Source of the DNA: the human T2T-CHM13v2.0 reference genome, Homo sapiens
Strand: one strand, 5' to 3'
Assembly (NCBI RefSeq): GCF_009914755.1
Contig: NC_060926.1
Length of the DNA stretch: 64,000 bases
The notes under the pieces are model-generated. The model searched no databases. It was given only the letters and a program-made list of their open reading frames with translations, and had not been told where the DNA came from. Position numbers and translations under genes: made by a program. Below are positions 43,880 to 57,214 of the stretch, piece after piece. Numbering within the stretch: the stretch's first letter is position 1; each line of letters opens with the position of its first letter.

Positions 43880-45154
43880 AAAAGGCTACTGCTTCAAAAA
43901 ATTCTTATTCCTGAAACTTCTTCTTGAGATATGAGATACCTTATTTTACTTACTAAATAGTAAGTCACATGCTATCTATCTAGTTATAAGAAAATTATAA
44001 TAAAAAAGTATCTATCAAGATTTTCTCTTAAATAGTAAAATAACTATCCTCCATTTACAACAGCTACAGTACATTGTGATAAATGTACCCTTTGAATTAC
44101 CAACAGGTATGTCTTTCCACAGTTTTACTTTGATGGCCTTAATAGCAAGGCACAATTAATAGCTATCTCCAATCTGCATGTGATAGCCATAGATATGAAA
44201 TGATGACTTCTCCCGGGGCATACAAACATATTGGTCTTGCTTTCCTACAACCTCTACCTTATCTGACAGTGTTAGTTTTGGCTCTAGGGCAATGCCAATT
44301 TAGAATTCTACCATTTCAGAAGTCAGCTCTATATAGCTTTGTTTTACAGTTTTTTTTTTTTTCTTTTCAGGATGACATTATCTAATTATATTTGTAAAGT
44401 TCTCTCTCTCTCCCTCTCTCTTTTCTTTTTTTCCTGTTATCTGTATTGGGGATGGTGGCTAGTGGGGATTAGAAGGGCTATCTACAGTTAGTAAGATATC
44501 TGCAGCATACTAATTCCATTTTAAAGATAACAGTGATCACACAGATAACCACCTCTAGCAAATCTATGCATGCATGCAGGTATGAAGACAAATGATAAAT
44601 TCACTATAGTTTTAAAACAGCCATTCCATTGAAATAAAATGATTATTTGCATATTAAAGTGAACTGCAGGCAAAAGATTGTACATCAATGGTCTTACAGT
44701 CATTACTGAATATTAAAACTTTTTTTTGTTGTTTCTTTGTAACTGCAGGATAAATTGACCTCCTGCAATAGATCTAACTGACAGCATGGCTGTTTTCAGC
44801 TAATGGGTTGTTATATCAATGGACCTTATCCTGGCCTCAATTATAGACATCAGCATTTACTGCAAAAGAAGCAGCATCAAAAAGTGTAAGGACAAGGTGA
44901 TGAAGAGAGGACAGGTGAAACAGAAGTGAGCAGATTTCCATCCCAAGATCTGGGCCCAAGATTCTGCTCTAATATTTGAAGCCAAATTGTTCTCCCTTAT
45001 CACTATACCTGATACAAGAAATAAATAGCATTTTTAATTGGTCTTATAAGTTGATAGGATGGTTTTGTCTTAATTCTGTCATTCTCATTGATAGTTTACA
45101 CTCCTACAGTGTGTCTCTATAAGTATTCATAGGCATGTTGTTTTAACAGAACTA

Positions 45155-45420
45155 CAGTAAATTGGTTTCACAAACCACAAATGTCCACTCTGTGCCAAGA
45201 ACAGTGCTAAGGTACAGGATACAAAAATAAATAAGTCAAAGTTCATAATCCTGAACCTCAGGGGAATGGCCAAATAAATTTGTGATTGCAATATGGTATG
45301 AGGAATGAAATAAACGAAGTGACTACTGGGAGCAGTGGAGACCAAAGGAAGAAGCAATTATTCTGCCTGAGTAGGAGCAGGGAAGGTTTTAAAGAAAAGG
45401 TAAGTCTTGATCAAATACGA
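45155..45420 (-). mobile_element. L2 3' end
   Basis: CCACTCTGTGCCAAGAACAGTGCTAAGGTACAGGATACA...AGCAATTATTCTGCCTG. Confidence 0.6.
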
Positions 45421-46698
45421 ACAATTTTGGCAGCATTTAGATAACTAGGCCTTGAGTCCTTTAGAGTCATTAAAGCAGATTTCTGGAAGGTTACTATTCT
45501 CAAGAGATTCTGGTTTTTGTTTATTCTGCTTATTGAAAGCCACAGGTAAGTAGATAAATGTGTATTGCTAATCATCTTATTTCAAAATTTGCTGACATTT
45601 TAGTGTTGTTGAGTATGAAGTGTCTGGGATAGTCAATTTTTAATGGCTTTATTTATTTAGATTTGGTTATAGGCAAGGGACCAGTTCTTGATAGACGAGT
45701 CTATCAGGAAGTCAATATTTTTATCCACATATGAAACTTACACACGGTTTTAAGTTATGATCTTGCATTAATGTTATTAATGAGCAGAAATGATATGTAT
45801 ATAATTTTGTTAAAAAAGAAAAAGAACATTCCAGTGTGTAGCACATGGCGGATAATAAAAATATCATTATTGGATAAGTAAATTTATGAATAAAGTTACA
45901 TGTGGCTACACTGAAATGTGTTTTGCATTTGGATCAAAATACAAACACACACACACCCTATACATATATATATATATATGTATATGTATTTCAAACTACT
46001 TTTAACATAGAAAAGACAAAATTTTCTTTAAGGCGAAGAAAGATTTTTTTAAGAGGTGGCAAGGGTCAAAGATTTCCAAGCTTCTTAAAAGATAATGTAT
46101 TAGGTTATATGAAATTAGTGAGGAAACACGCATACCACAAAAAATAACCAATCTATCCCTAGATAAATAATATTCTAAAGAGCTCAGAGCAGTAAGAATT
46201 AAAATTGAAAAACACAAAAAGTTGAAAACGCTCTTATCACCCTGAACTGAAAATAATATATAACAAGTAAAGGTCAGTTAAGTCAGAAATTCCTTATAAA
46301 AGCACCCTAAACATTGTTCAAGGCCAAGATTTCTCACTTCTTTCATTTCCTTAAGAAAAAAAAATTACTTCTACATAGTCTTTCAATAAATATATTTTTC
46401 AACAATAATGAAAAGGTTATAAAAAGCTTCCTCTCCCGCTGGAAGCTTATTCAGTGACCTTACTTCCCTGTCTACCGTCAACACAGACCTCCATGGTCCC
46501 TGCTAGTACGTTTTGCTTGGGGGGGTACATTTACCTCCTTTCGGTCACCAATTTGTCTGCATTCTCACAGTATTAGTTCCTTTGTAATGCTTCCAGGTTA
46601 TAATTCCCTTCTCAAGTTAATTATGTGGGTAGAACTCTTTCCCTTGAACTTGTCCTTATTTTTTGCCTTCTTGGAGAAAATCATATACGTTGAAAATT

Positions 46699-46701
<3 letters not shown>

Positions 46702-46750
<49 letters not shown>
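46702..46750. repeat. (TA)24 microsatellite
   Basis: Read directly; uninterrupted. Confidence 0.95.
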
Positions 46751-46753
<3 letters not shown>

Positions 46754-47299
46754 AGGTCAGATCAACTTGTTTTAATAATTCTATCTTCCTTTAAAAATGT
46801 ATCTTTTTTCTTTACCGCTGGTCATTTTCATAATTTTATTTTCTCTAACTCTGGTGTTCAAAGCTGGTTTGCCTTTTAACAACTCATTTATCTATTGATT
46901 TTCTGGTTTCATATTTCTGCTGATTAAAACTCTGGTCAATTTGCTTCTAAAATCAAATTATTTTATCTCAATAAACGGGGAAAACATTTTATTTTATTCA
47001 CCCTGTTTGACCATAACGTGTTGATATCTTGAAAATGCCCTTGGCATTTGTTTCATTTGTTGATCATTTTCATCTCCAATAGAGACCAATTGTCTCCAGG
47101 GATAATTCAGTGTATTAAAAGAAAAAAAGTCTCTTTTCAAAGGGAGGATTGTTTCCTCTTGTTTCTTTTATGCTTATAGATATTCTTTCTAAAATGTCGT
47201 GTGATTTTTTAAACAATAGACATGGATAACCATGTGCAAACAGATATACTGTTAGTCATGTATATGAATAAGAGTTAAATATCGTAAGTAATAATTCTA

Positions 47300-47920
47300 A
47301 AAGCCTACTTGATATATCTCACTTTGAAAGTTCCACAGGCATCTCAAATATAATATTTCCTAAGTGGAGCTATAGATCTCTCCCATCTATTCCAACTCAG
47401 TGTCAACAGAACCTCTTCCACTCAATTGATCTTCCACCATATTCTTCATCCTTGACATCTACAGCTATCATAAATACTATTAATTCTATTTCCAAAACAC
47501 ATCTCACATCTGTTCAATCCTCTCAAACTGCAATAACTTTCATTATCCAACACACTATTCTTTCTTACTTAGACTGCTGCAATTAACTAACCAGTATTTC
47601 TACTTCAACTTCTGCTCTTCTCCACTTCTATACTCCATTTTCCACGCAGCAATGTTATATCTGTCTCTGTCCATCTCTCCATCAATCCATCTCTCCATCT
47701 ATTTATTTCAATGCATGACAGATGGAGCTTACTGGACTTCTTTCTCTTCCAGAAGCTTAGCCACACTGAATACTCCATTCCTTTAATTATTTGAAATTAC
47801 CTAACTTCCTCCTGCCCCAAAGAGTTACACATTCTGCTACTTTTGCTTGGGGCATTTGTTACTTTCTTCTTCATGTTCAGGTAAGCTGAAAGGGAAGTCA
47901 TTTTGATAAGTCTTCCTTCA
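47300..47920 (+). mobile_element. L2 fragment
   Basis: GCCTACTTGATATATCTCACTT...CACAGGCATCTCAAA...CTTAGACTGCTGCAAT...TTCCACGCAGCA. Confidence 0.6.
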
Positions 47921-47929
47921 CTTTCTAGG

Positions 47930-48203
47930 CCAGTATAATAGAATATAATGTGAGTCAATAATGCAAGTTGCATTTATAATTTAAAATTATCTAGTACCTA
48001 CAGTTAAACCTGTAAAAAGAAACAGGTAAAATTATTTCAAATAATATATGTGATTTTAATGCAATATAACCAAAATATTATTTTTAAAAATGCAATTGAT
48101 ATAAAAAAGTATTAATTTGATATTTTATATTCTTTTCTGGTACTAAATCTTCCAAATCTTGTGCATGTTTTACAACTCCTACATATCTGGATTTTGACCA
48201 ACC
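47930..48203 (+). mobile_element. MER33 (hAT-Charlie)
   Basis: AATAGAATATAATGTGAGTC...GTAAAAAGAAACAGGTAAAATTA...TACTAAATCTTCCAAATC. Confidence 0.75.
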
Positions 48204-49189
48204 TGTTTCCCTCTTCTGTGATCAAAAGATAAACATAATTCTGGGAGGACATACACCAAATTTTAAAACTACTTCTCAGTTGCATAGGGAATGGAGGGAT
48301 TCATTAGAAAGGGAAGACTGCCCTTTCTCCGTTATGCAATCCAATGTCTGATTTTTCATTTTTTTTTTTACAATGCACCTCTTCTATTTACTACATTAAA
48401 ATATATTTCCACTTTGAAAATAATAATTAAACATGATTTAAAAGAGAAACATTCTGAATGTTAAGAACTGTGAAGTATTGTAAATTCACTGTCATTTTGT
48501 GAATAAATTTTATGTTCTGAAAGAGAATAGTACTTAAAACATGTTGCTTTCTCTGTACAATGCAAAACAGAACTGGATAATTTGTTTAAAGGTAAGTCAT
48601 TGTTCATTTTCCAGCATTAAATGGTCCTTAAGAATTGGGAAGGAATTACTCAACCAAAAACAGTTAAAGCATTATTTTCTTTGTGCTAGAAATACAACAT
48701 GAGGACTATACCATCTCATTATTAACCTCAAACAGATTTGTGGATTTTTTTAGCCCAGTGTCATGCTTCTCAGGCATTTTGTTCACACTTCTATATGATT
48801 AATATTGTATCATATAATAATAATTTGATTGATTTCCCATTGCACTGAGCTCCCATTGCATTGTGAGTGCTTCACATTCAAAGAACTGTTTCTATTCATC
48901 TTGGGATCCCTAGCAGGTAACCCAATGCCTGGTCCATAACAGAATATATTGTTCAAAGTTAACCTAATTTGGCATATATGTCCTTGTGGAATTTGAAAAT
49001 AAGCAATACAGTTTATCTGTATTATCCCATACATGTTCAAATAAAAATTTAAATTAAATTAGAATTACACTTCACAATTCACCTGAAATTCACCATATCT
49101 CTTCATAACAAAAATATAATACATGCACATAGAAACATGTCTAACGAATGCTAGTTTAGAACTGTAAATACATTGGGTCATTACAACCA

Positions 49190-49340
49190 AAAAGTAGGTA
49201 CCATTAATATACTCATTTTACAGTAAAGAAACTGAGCCACATAGGAGTTAAAGACTCTGCCTAAGTTCATTCAGCTAATAAGTGAGGTCTCAAACCATGC
49301 TTAGACACTGGAGCCCATGATCCTAGTCACAACACTATAA
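49190..49340 (-). mobile_element. MIR
   Basis: CTCATTTTACAGTAAAGAAACTGAG...TGCCTAAGTTCATTCAGCTAATAAGTG. Confidence 0.7.
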
Positions 49341-49914
49341 TGCATTTCTAAAGTCTCACAAAAACAACTTCACATTCTTTATGATATTGCGATTGTTTAA
49401 AAGCAGAAGTCAAGTCGATTTGCGCTTTGCTAGAAATATTTTTATTTCAAAATTGAAAAAATAAGTATACGTTTGAATTTCTATTATATGTCAGGCATTA
49501 TGATAGATTCTATACGTTTTACCATTGCATTTGACCCCTTGTGGGTGTTGGCATTCTTATCCTAAACAAGAAACTGAGACTGCAAAATGTTAACGAATTT
49601 GCCCAAGGTCAAATAAGTAGAATTCATCAGACATCAATGTCCTTTCTCTTTCAAAAAGATATAATTTCTCAAAAAAAACCTGGGGACTAGAATGCTCCAT
49701 TAGGAAATTCCCTAAAAAATCAGATGACTTCTGGAAATGCCACTGTTCCACAAATACCTCATTCAGTAGAATTCCCTAACACCTAAACTTCATGCAGAAA
49801 ACCTAATATGAAAAGTCCATTGAGTCACCAGCTCCTAGAATATCATTATAAATTTGTCAGATCATGAATTTTAAGATTATAGATCATGTGTGCGTTATTG
49901 CAGACGAGTGAGTC

Positions 49915-50333
49915 CAATGTTTTCCAAAGAGTGGTATTCAACATTATTTTAGATATGTAGAAAATAGTTTACATAGCACTGAATTGCATTGTGTAAAAAC
50001 TTTTCCTTATGATTATATAAGAAGAAAGTCTCAGCTCTGTGTTTCTATATCTTAAACTACTCTCTAATTTTTGTCACTCCCGTTTTCAAAGGAGAAACAA
50101 AGAATTCCTAAGGCTCTGAGTCTTTAGCAATCACGCTTTTTCTTTGCATTAATATTTTATTATTTCTTACTTATGATGGAGATACTGGAGTGTCATTTTT
50201 GGTAGTAATATTGAATTCAATTAAAATGCATTTGTGTCGAAAAATGTTTCAATAAAATTTAAAATAACATAGTTGCATGTGAATATGACAATTATGAAAA
50301 CAATCTAATATCAACTCAAGCTATACAACACTG
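49915..50333 (+). mobile_element. Charlie4a-like hAT DNA transposon fossil
   Basis: GAAGAAAGTCTCAGC, AGGCTCTGAGTCTTT, GATACTGG...TTTTTGGTAGTAATAT; degenerate termini CAATGTTTTCCAAA and AACACTG. Confidence 0.55.
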
Positions 50334-50345
50334 TCCTGACCTAAT

Positions 50346-52650
50346 TGATATGGTTTAACTGTGTCCCCATCCAAATCTCATCTTGAATCGTAGCTCTCAC
50401 AATTCCCACGTGTTGTGGGAGGGACCCAGTTGGATGTAATTTAAACATGGTGGAGGGTCTTTCCTGTGCTGTTCTCGTGATAATGAATAAGTCATAGGAG
50501 ATCTGATAGTTTTTATAAAGGAGAGTTTTCTTGCACAAGTTCCATTATTCTCTCTTGTCTGCCTCTGTGTAAGACATGTCTTTTGCTTTCCAACATGATT
50601 GTAAAGCCTCCCCAGCCACATGGAACTGTGAGTCCATTAAACCTCTTTTTCTTTTTAAATTACACAGTCTCAGGTATATCTTTATCAGTAGCATGAAAAG
50701 CAACTAATACAGTAAACTGGTACCAGTAGAGTGGGGCACTGCTGAAAAGATACCTTAAAATGTGGAAGTGACTTTGGAATGGGTAACAGATTGGAACAGT
50801 TTGGAGGGCTCAGACAACAGAAAAATGTGGCAAAGTCTGGAACTCCCTAGAGACTTGCTGAATGGGTTTGACCAAAATGCTGATAATGATATGGACAATG
50901 AAATCCAAGCTGAGGTAGTCTCAGATGGAGATGAAGAACTTGTTGGGAAGTGAAGCAAAGGTAACTCTTGTTATGTTTTAACAAAGACACTGGCAGCATT
51001 TTGTCCCTGCCCTAGAGATTCGTGGAACTTTGAACTTGAGAGAGATAATTTAGGGTATCTGGTGGAAGAAATTTCTAAGCAGCAAAGCATTCAACAGGTG
51101 ACAGGTGCTGTTAAAAGCATTTAGCTTTAAAAGGGAAATAGAGCATAAAAGTTTGGAAAATTTGCAGCCTGGCAATGTGATAGAAAAGAAAATCCTATAT
51201 TCTGAGGAGAAATCCAAGCCAGCTGCAAAAATCTGCATAAGTAGCTAGAAGCTGAATAATAATCAGCAAGACAATGGGGAAAATGTCCCCAGGGCATGTC
51301 AGAGACCTTCAAAGCAGCCCCTCCCATCACAGGCCTGGAGGCCTAGGAGGGAAAAATGGTTTTATGGGCCTGGCCCAGGGTCCCTCTGCTGTGTGCAGTC
51401 TAGGGACTTGGTGCCCTGTGCCCCAGGTGATCCAGCAGTGACTAAAAGGGGCCAAGGTAGAGCTCAGGCCATGGCTTCAGAGGGTGCAAGCCCCAAGCCT
51501 TGGTAGCATCCACATGGTGTTGACCCTGGTGGTGCACAGAAGTCAAGATTTGAGGTTTGGGAACCTCTGCCTAGATTTCAGAGGACCTATGGAAATGCCT
51601 GAATGTCCAGGCAGAAGTTTGCTGCAGAGGCAGGGTGCTCATGCAGAACATCTGCTAGGGAAGTGCTGAAGGGAAATTTGGGGTGGGTGCCCCCAAACAA
51701 AGTCCCCACTGGGGTGCTGCCTAGTTATGAGAAAAGTGTCACTGTCCTCCAGGACCCTAAATAATAGATCCACCAATGACTTGCACCATGCACCTGGAAA
51801 AGCCACAGACACTCAGTGCCAGTCTGTGAAAGCAGCCAGGTGGGAGGCTGGACCCTGCAAAGCCACGGGGGCAGAGCTGCCCAAGATGATGGGAGCCCAC
51901 CTCTTGCATCAGCGTGACCTGGATATGAGACATGGAGTCAAAGGAGTTCTTTTTTTTTGGAGCTTTAAGATTTGGTTGCCCTGCTGGATTTTGGACTTGC
52001 ATGGGGGACTTTAGCCCTTCATTCCTTCATTTTGGGCAATTTCTCCCATTTGAAATGGGTGTATTTATCCAATGCCTGTATCCCCATTGTATCTAGGAAG
52101 TAACTAACTTGCTTTTGATTTTACAGGCTCATAGGCAGAAGGGACTTGCCTTGTCTCAGATGAGACTTTGGACTGTGGACTTTTGATTTGACACTGAAAT
52201 GAGATAAGACTTTGGGAGACTGTTGGGAAGGCATGATTGGTTTTGAAATGTGAGGACATGAGATTTGGGAGGGGCCAGGGGCAGAATGATATGGTTTGGC
52301 TGTGTCCCCACCCAAATCTCATCTTGAATTGTAGCTCCAACAATTCCTACATGTCATGGGAGGGACCTGGTGGGAGGTAATTGAATCTTGGGGGCAGATC
52401 TTTCCTGTGCTGTTCTCGTGATAGTGAATAAGTCTCAAGAGATCTGATAGTTTTATAAAGGGGAGTTTCCCTGCACAAGTTCTATTATTCTCTCATATCT
52501 GCTGCCAGGTAAAACATGCCTTTCTCCTTCTGCCATGATTGTGAGGCTTCCCCAGCCACGTGGAACTGTGAATCCATTAAACCTTTTTTCTTTTTAAATT
52601 ACACAGTCTCGGGTTTGTCTTTATCAGCAGTGTGAAAATGAACTAATACA
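50346..52650 (+). mobile_element. Full-length THE1B provirus (LTR 50346-50711, internal 50712-52286, LTR 52287-52650)
   Basis: Both LTRs run TGATATGGTTT...CTAATACA. Internal region starts GTAAACTGGTACCAGTAGAGTGGGGC and ends in the PPT GGGAGGGGCCAGGGGCAGAA. Perfect TSD CTAAT at 50341-50345 and 52651-52655. Confidence 0.96.
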
Positions 52651-53899
52651 CTAATATTTTCATTTTACAAAAGAAAACAAGAAACTCAGAGAGTTAAATA
52701 AATATATACCAGATTATACTATTAAAGAGTTTAAAACCTAGGTTTTCTATTTTTCCATTAATTATTTGAGATAAGCACTGTGGCACAGATGAGTCATGAA
52801 TATGCACACTTTAGGCAGGAAAGAATAAAGACACAGCACGAGCAAAAACAATAGGAGATTTATATGTAGGGTACCCAAAAAGCATCTCAGAGGGTAGATT
52901 CAAACACTTCCCCTGTTATCATTTAAAAAGCAAAACTATTCGTGAAGATCAGTGGAATATCAACTAACTTCCATCAAGATAAAATCTAATAGCTGAGATG
53001 CTGGTTAATAAAGTTTAAGCCCCCTAAGACAAACCACCTTAGCATCTTAGCATTTTAATAAGAGACTAATAAGTGATAAGCACTCAAGATCAAAGGAATG
53101 CAGTTTTAAAGAAAGAAAGATAAGCAGTGTGTTTAGGGGTCATGCCAGTATTTTTTATACCATACTTTAAAACTCTCCAAGTCCCTGTTGGATACAACCT
53201 AAATAAGGAATGCCATAAATGAATAAACTTATAAAGGAAAATCAGAGGGAGTTTTGGGGTAAAGCAGTGATTCCAGGAGTACATTCAACTATTCCCAATC
53301 ACTTCACTAAACCTGTCATGGAAATGTTAGAAATGGGTCTGCTTTTTTTTTTTTTTTTTTTTTTTTCAGAACCAAAGTATAATTGAATAGCACAGAGCAT
53401 CTGCTGAGGAAGTAGCGTCACATTTTAAGAAGACAGAAGAGTCACAAAGAATAAAAAGACTTTAAAGTTTTCTAAACAACTTTCTACCAAATGCATGAAA
53501 TCTTGTCCCTCCTTTCCTGATTGCTCTTGGCTGAGTATCTATGGTGGTAGGAGAGTACAGGATAGCAGGTTTCTGTGATGGAGATGGCAGCGCACAGTAG
53601 GAGGGATGTGAGAATTGGGGACAGAGAGATACACATTCAAGTCCTCACTTCTCCCTTTTTCTTGCTGCCTTGTCCTACTCTGCAGAATGTTGGTAATAAT
53701 GACAATGTCATGGATCATTGTGGGAATGTATATAAGAAACACTCAGGGAGGGGAAGAAAATGAACAAACATCTTTGGGTGCCTACAACATGCCAGCATCT
53801 TTAATTTTGTCTTTTATTTTTGCTGCTTTGTGGTGCCAATGGCCCGGTTCCTAGAAAATACAAGGTGTTCAGTTAAGAGTTCCGGTCCATTTTCCCATC

Positions 53900-54290
53900 T
53901 AACAAGGCACTCCATTATGTTGTAAGAATGCTCTGATTGTTAGCAAAACCTTTATTTTAAGCCAAAATCTGCCTCCTTTCAGCTTCTGCCTAATGCTGCC
54001 TTCTGGAACAACTCAAAACTAGGCCACTCCCTTTTCTATGAGAGCCCTTCAAATATCTGAAAACAATTACTATGGTTCCCTTCAGTACTCTCCTCACCAA
54101 GGTCAACACACCCACTTCTTTCAGCTATTACTTTTGAGACATGGCTTTCTAAAAACATATTGTCCCAATTGCCTATTATAGACACACTCTGGTCAGTCAA
54201 TTCTATCCTTACATGCAAGGTCTTTATCTGAACATCATAGTCCAAATGAAGTCTGAGAAGAGCTGTTGAATCTGTGCTGAGGAGCTTACT
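53900..54290 (-). mobile_element. CR1/L3 LINE ORF2 C-terminal fossil
   Basis: Minus ORF 54036-54296 contains ALLRLHLDYDVQ (CR1 ALVRPHLEYCVQ); CCCTTCAAATATCTGAAAACA matches antisense L3. Confidence 0.7.
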
Positions 54291-54599
54291 AACCAATTGA
54301 TTCTTCTATCCCTTTAGCAGCATTGAAGCTAGGAGGATACATGATTGTTTCATGTGTATATTTTAGGGTAAAAGAGAGCATTAAGCAAGAGCGTGATCAA
54401 ACAATTCAATATTAATAAATAATAAGATATATTTCTGCTTGAAAACTCACTGCAACAATTTGTTGTGACGTTTCCCTTTCTGTAAGCCATGAGGATAGCA
54501 TAAATTCTACAATGAAGATGCAGAGGGTATGAATTGAGCTTAATTATCTTTAAAGTTAAATTTTGTTATGAGCTCTGAAGTGAGTCACTTCAGAATTTC

Positions 54600-54725
54600 C
54601 TGAGTTTAACTTCTGCCAGCTTTGATACATGACCTCAAGCAAGTCAGGTAACCTTTCTGTGCCTCGTTGCCCTCATCAGTAAGATGAACTTGTCCCACTG
54701 CTTCACAGGGGTAGTGAGAATTTCT
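54600..54725 (+). mobile_element. MIR
   Basis: TGACCTCAAGCAAGTCAGGTAACCTTTCTGTGCCTCG...CCTCATCAGTAAGATG. Confidence 0.7.
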
Positions 54726-56649
54726 CTTAAAAAGACCAATTGTGCATAAATGCTAAGATAACTGCAGCAAAAGTTGCCTTATAAATCTTGACTAGAGGAG
54801 TCAAAGGTGTATAGGTGAAGCTATCCCACTCAAAGGATTCGAAAAATCTAAGCTATTTGGAAAACACTGTGGAGCTCATTTAGCATTTGTTTTCATTATT
54901 AGCATATTCCTGTGCTTGTGGCTTCCTCTCAGCTTATCCAAATCCACCCGTCCCCAGTATATTTATTGCTTACTCCTCTTCTCTTCCAAGACTTGACTTC
55001 TTTCCTGTTACCATATTCCTCTTTATTTGCACCACATGTTAGTTAGCTTGTGCCCTCTGCTTCCTTAGGAAGGATGTCAGATTGCTGACCCCATGGGCTT
55101 TGACACTTTTCCAGCAGCCTATTTCACATGGAGTAATAAAGCAGTCACTGTTGCTACCGCCTCACTGAAATAGATGAGAGTTGAGAACAAACCACCACAC
55201 TAAGGCGAAGTCCACTGATATCTAAGTCCTTTAACTGATAATAGGAAAAATTCAAATGGGACTTTGCTAGAGCAGAGTTATCTGCAAATTTTATCACCGG
55301 ACTGCTTTCAAATTAGCTCCTGCAATAAAAAAGCTCTTCATCTTAATTCTAAATGCATTGTAATTACATTCAGCAAACAAAAGGTTAAGCCAGCCTCTTC
55401 AGGGGACTACATTTCTTGGAAAGACACCTAGATTATTGCCCCAAATGGCTGAAGCACAACTAGCTGTTTACTGAGCTTAACTTCTTGTTTGTTGAATCTG
55501 ATTAGTTTGAAATAAATGCAGTGGTCATCTAGTCTTTGCAAATAAAAGTTTACTGATAAATGTTTTATTAACACTTTCATTCTCTGGCCACCCGCCTACC
55601 TGACACTTGAATGAGCCCTAACAGTGTACCTTACCTTACTTGGGATGCAAAGCACATTCCCAACGAGGGGCTCTTCCTGAAAAAGTAATAGAAATTCAAG
55701 GAACCTGCCATCAGGTATCTTTGGCAACAATGCTCTGTCCTTCCTTTGTCCCTGTTACTGCCTGGACGACACATCTGCCAAATGTCCCAGACTGGAGATC
55801 TCAGGATCTTTTTATCTACTTCTTCACCCACACCCTTTATATGCAGTTAGTTGTTAAGTCTTTATTAAGTCTTTCCTTATAATGATTATTGAATACATCT
55901 CTGCCTTCAACTGCCACTCCAAATAACTGATTCCAGGCTCTCATTAAACTAATTCCTTGGAGTTTGAAATAACGCCATACCCATACAAGTAAATTCCTCC
56001 AAATAATACTTTCTTCCTGCTACTGGATTTGTTACAGCTTATTAGTAAGCTGACAAGTCTTAAAGGCTCCCCACAATTTGGTCTTCCGTTTTCAGCCTTA
56101 TGTCCTAACATTTCACAATTTTGTTGCATCTTATCTCTTTCCCCCTATGCTATGGTAAATACTTTCTCTTTTTTGCTTTCCTCCACATCTGTGAATAGAA
56201 TTTTTAAAAAGGAGAGGATTTCCCAGGTGGAAATGCACCTAGAATACCTTCTCCTTTTTCTCTATTCTTTTTTTTTTATAATTAACTCACATTTTGTTTC
56301 TTCCATGAATCTTCTTATAACTGCCCCCCTGCCAAATGCATGCTACTCAATCATCTATTAATTAACTCACAACCCTTTTTTAAAAAAATACCAGGCAGGG
56401 TGCTAGGTACTGGGGATATAAAGAAAGATAAGATGTAGCTCTTGTTTTAAGGCGCTCTTGAGTTCAATCTGGGAATGTCTGTGGCATTTACCTTTTTTGG
56501 CACTATACAACCTTTTTTTTTGCACTTATTAATTTGGGCTAGGTACTGTCAACTATTACAGATAGCACTGTACTTCTTTACAAAACATAGTGCCATGAAT
56601 TTCAAAGAGTTGGCAGTCAGTAAACATCTGCTGAATGTTTAATTCTTTT

Positions 56650-56887
56650 TTATTTTTATTTTATTTTAGAAACAGGATCTCTAAAAAACTTCTGTCACCC
56701 AGGGTGGAGTGCAGTGGTACAATCATAGCTCCTTACAGCCTCAAACTCCTGGGCTCAAATGATCCTCCCATCTTAGCCTCCGGAATAGGTAGGAGCACAG
56801 GCAGATCTTTTGTAGAAACAAGGTCTCACTTTGCTGCCCAGGCTGATCTCAAACTCCTGGCTTCAAGCAATCATCCTCCTTGGTCTC
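56650..56887 (-). mobile_element. 5'-truncated AluJ with internal deletion
   Basis: Antisense J-type arms. TSD TGTTTAATTCTTTT at 56636-56649 and 56888-56901. Confidence 0.88.
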
Positions 56888-57214
56888 TGTTTAATTCTTT
56901 TGACTATAAAACCTGAATAGCAAAGGAGGTGAATTTGTCTCTCAAGTTCTCGGTACAGTTTTCCTTATACCCACTGTCCCCAGCACTGAGTAATCTTAGC
57001 TCTATCTGCTCAGGGTCCCCAGATTTTGTGGCTCTACTGAGGCCTACCTTTTTCAATCTAGTTCCGAAATTTTTATTTTATTTTTTTTTTAATGAAAACC
57101 TCCCTTCCTTGTACTGATTTTTCTAAAATCCTGGTTTCTTTAAGTAACAAATGGGTCATTGGTAAATAGTAGGCAGCAGCAAGACAAAGTCCAAGTGTGT
57201 GAAGTTTAAAGTGA

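Noticed and set aside
50755-52014. ORFs within the THE1B internal region
   Set aside because: Broken pieces of the known degenerate MaLR internal ORF; not a host gene.
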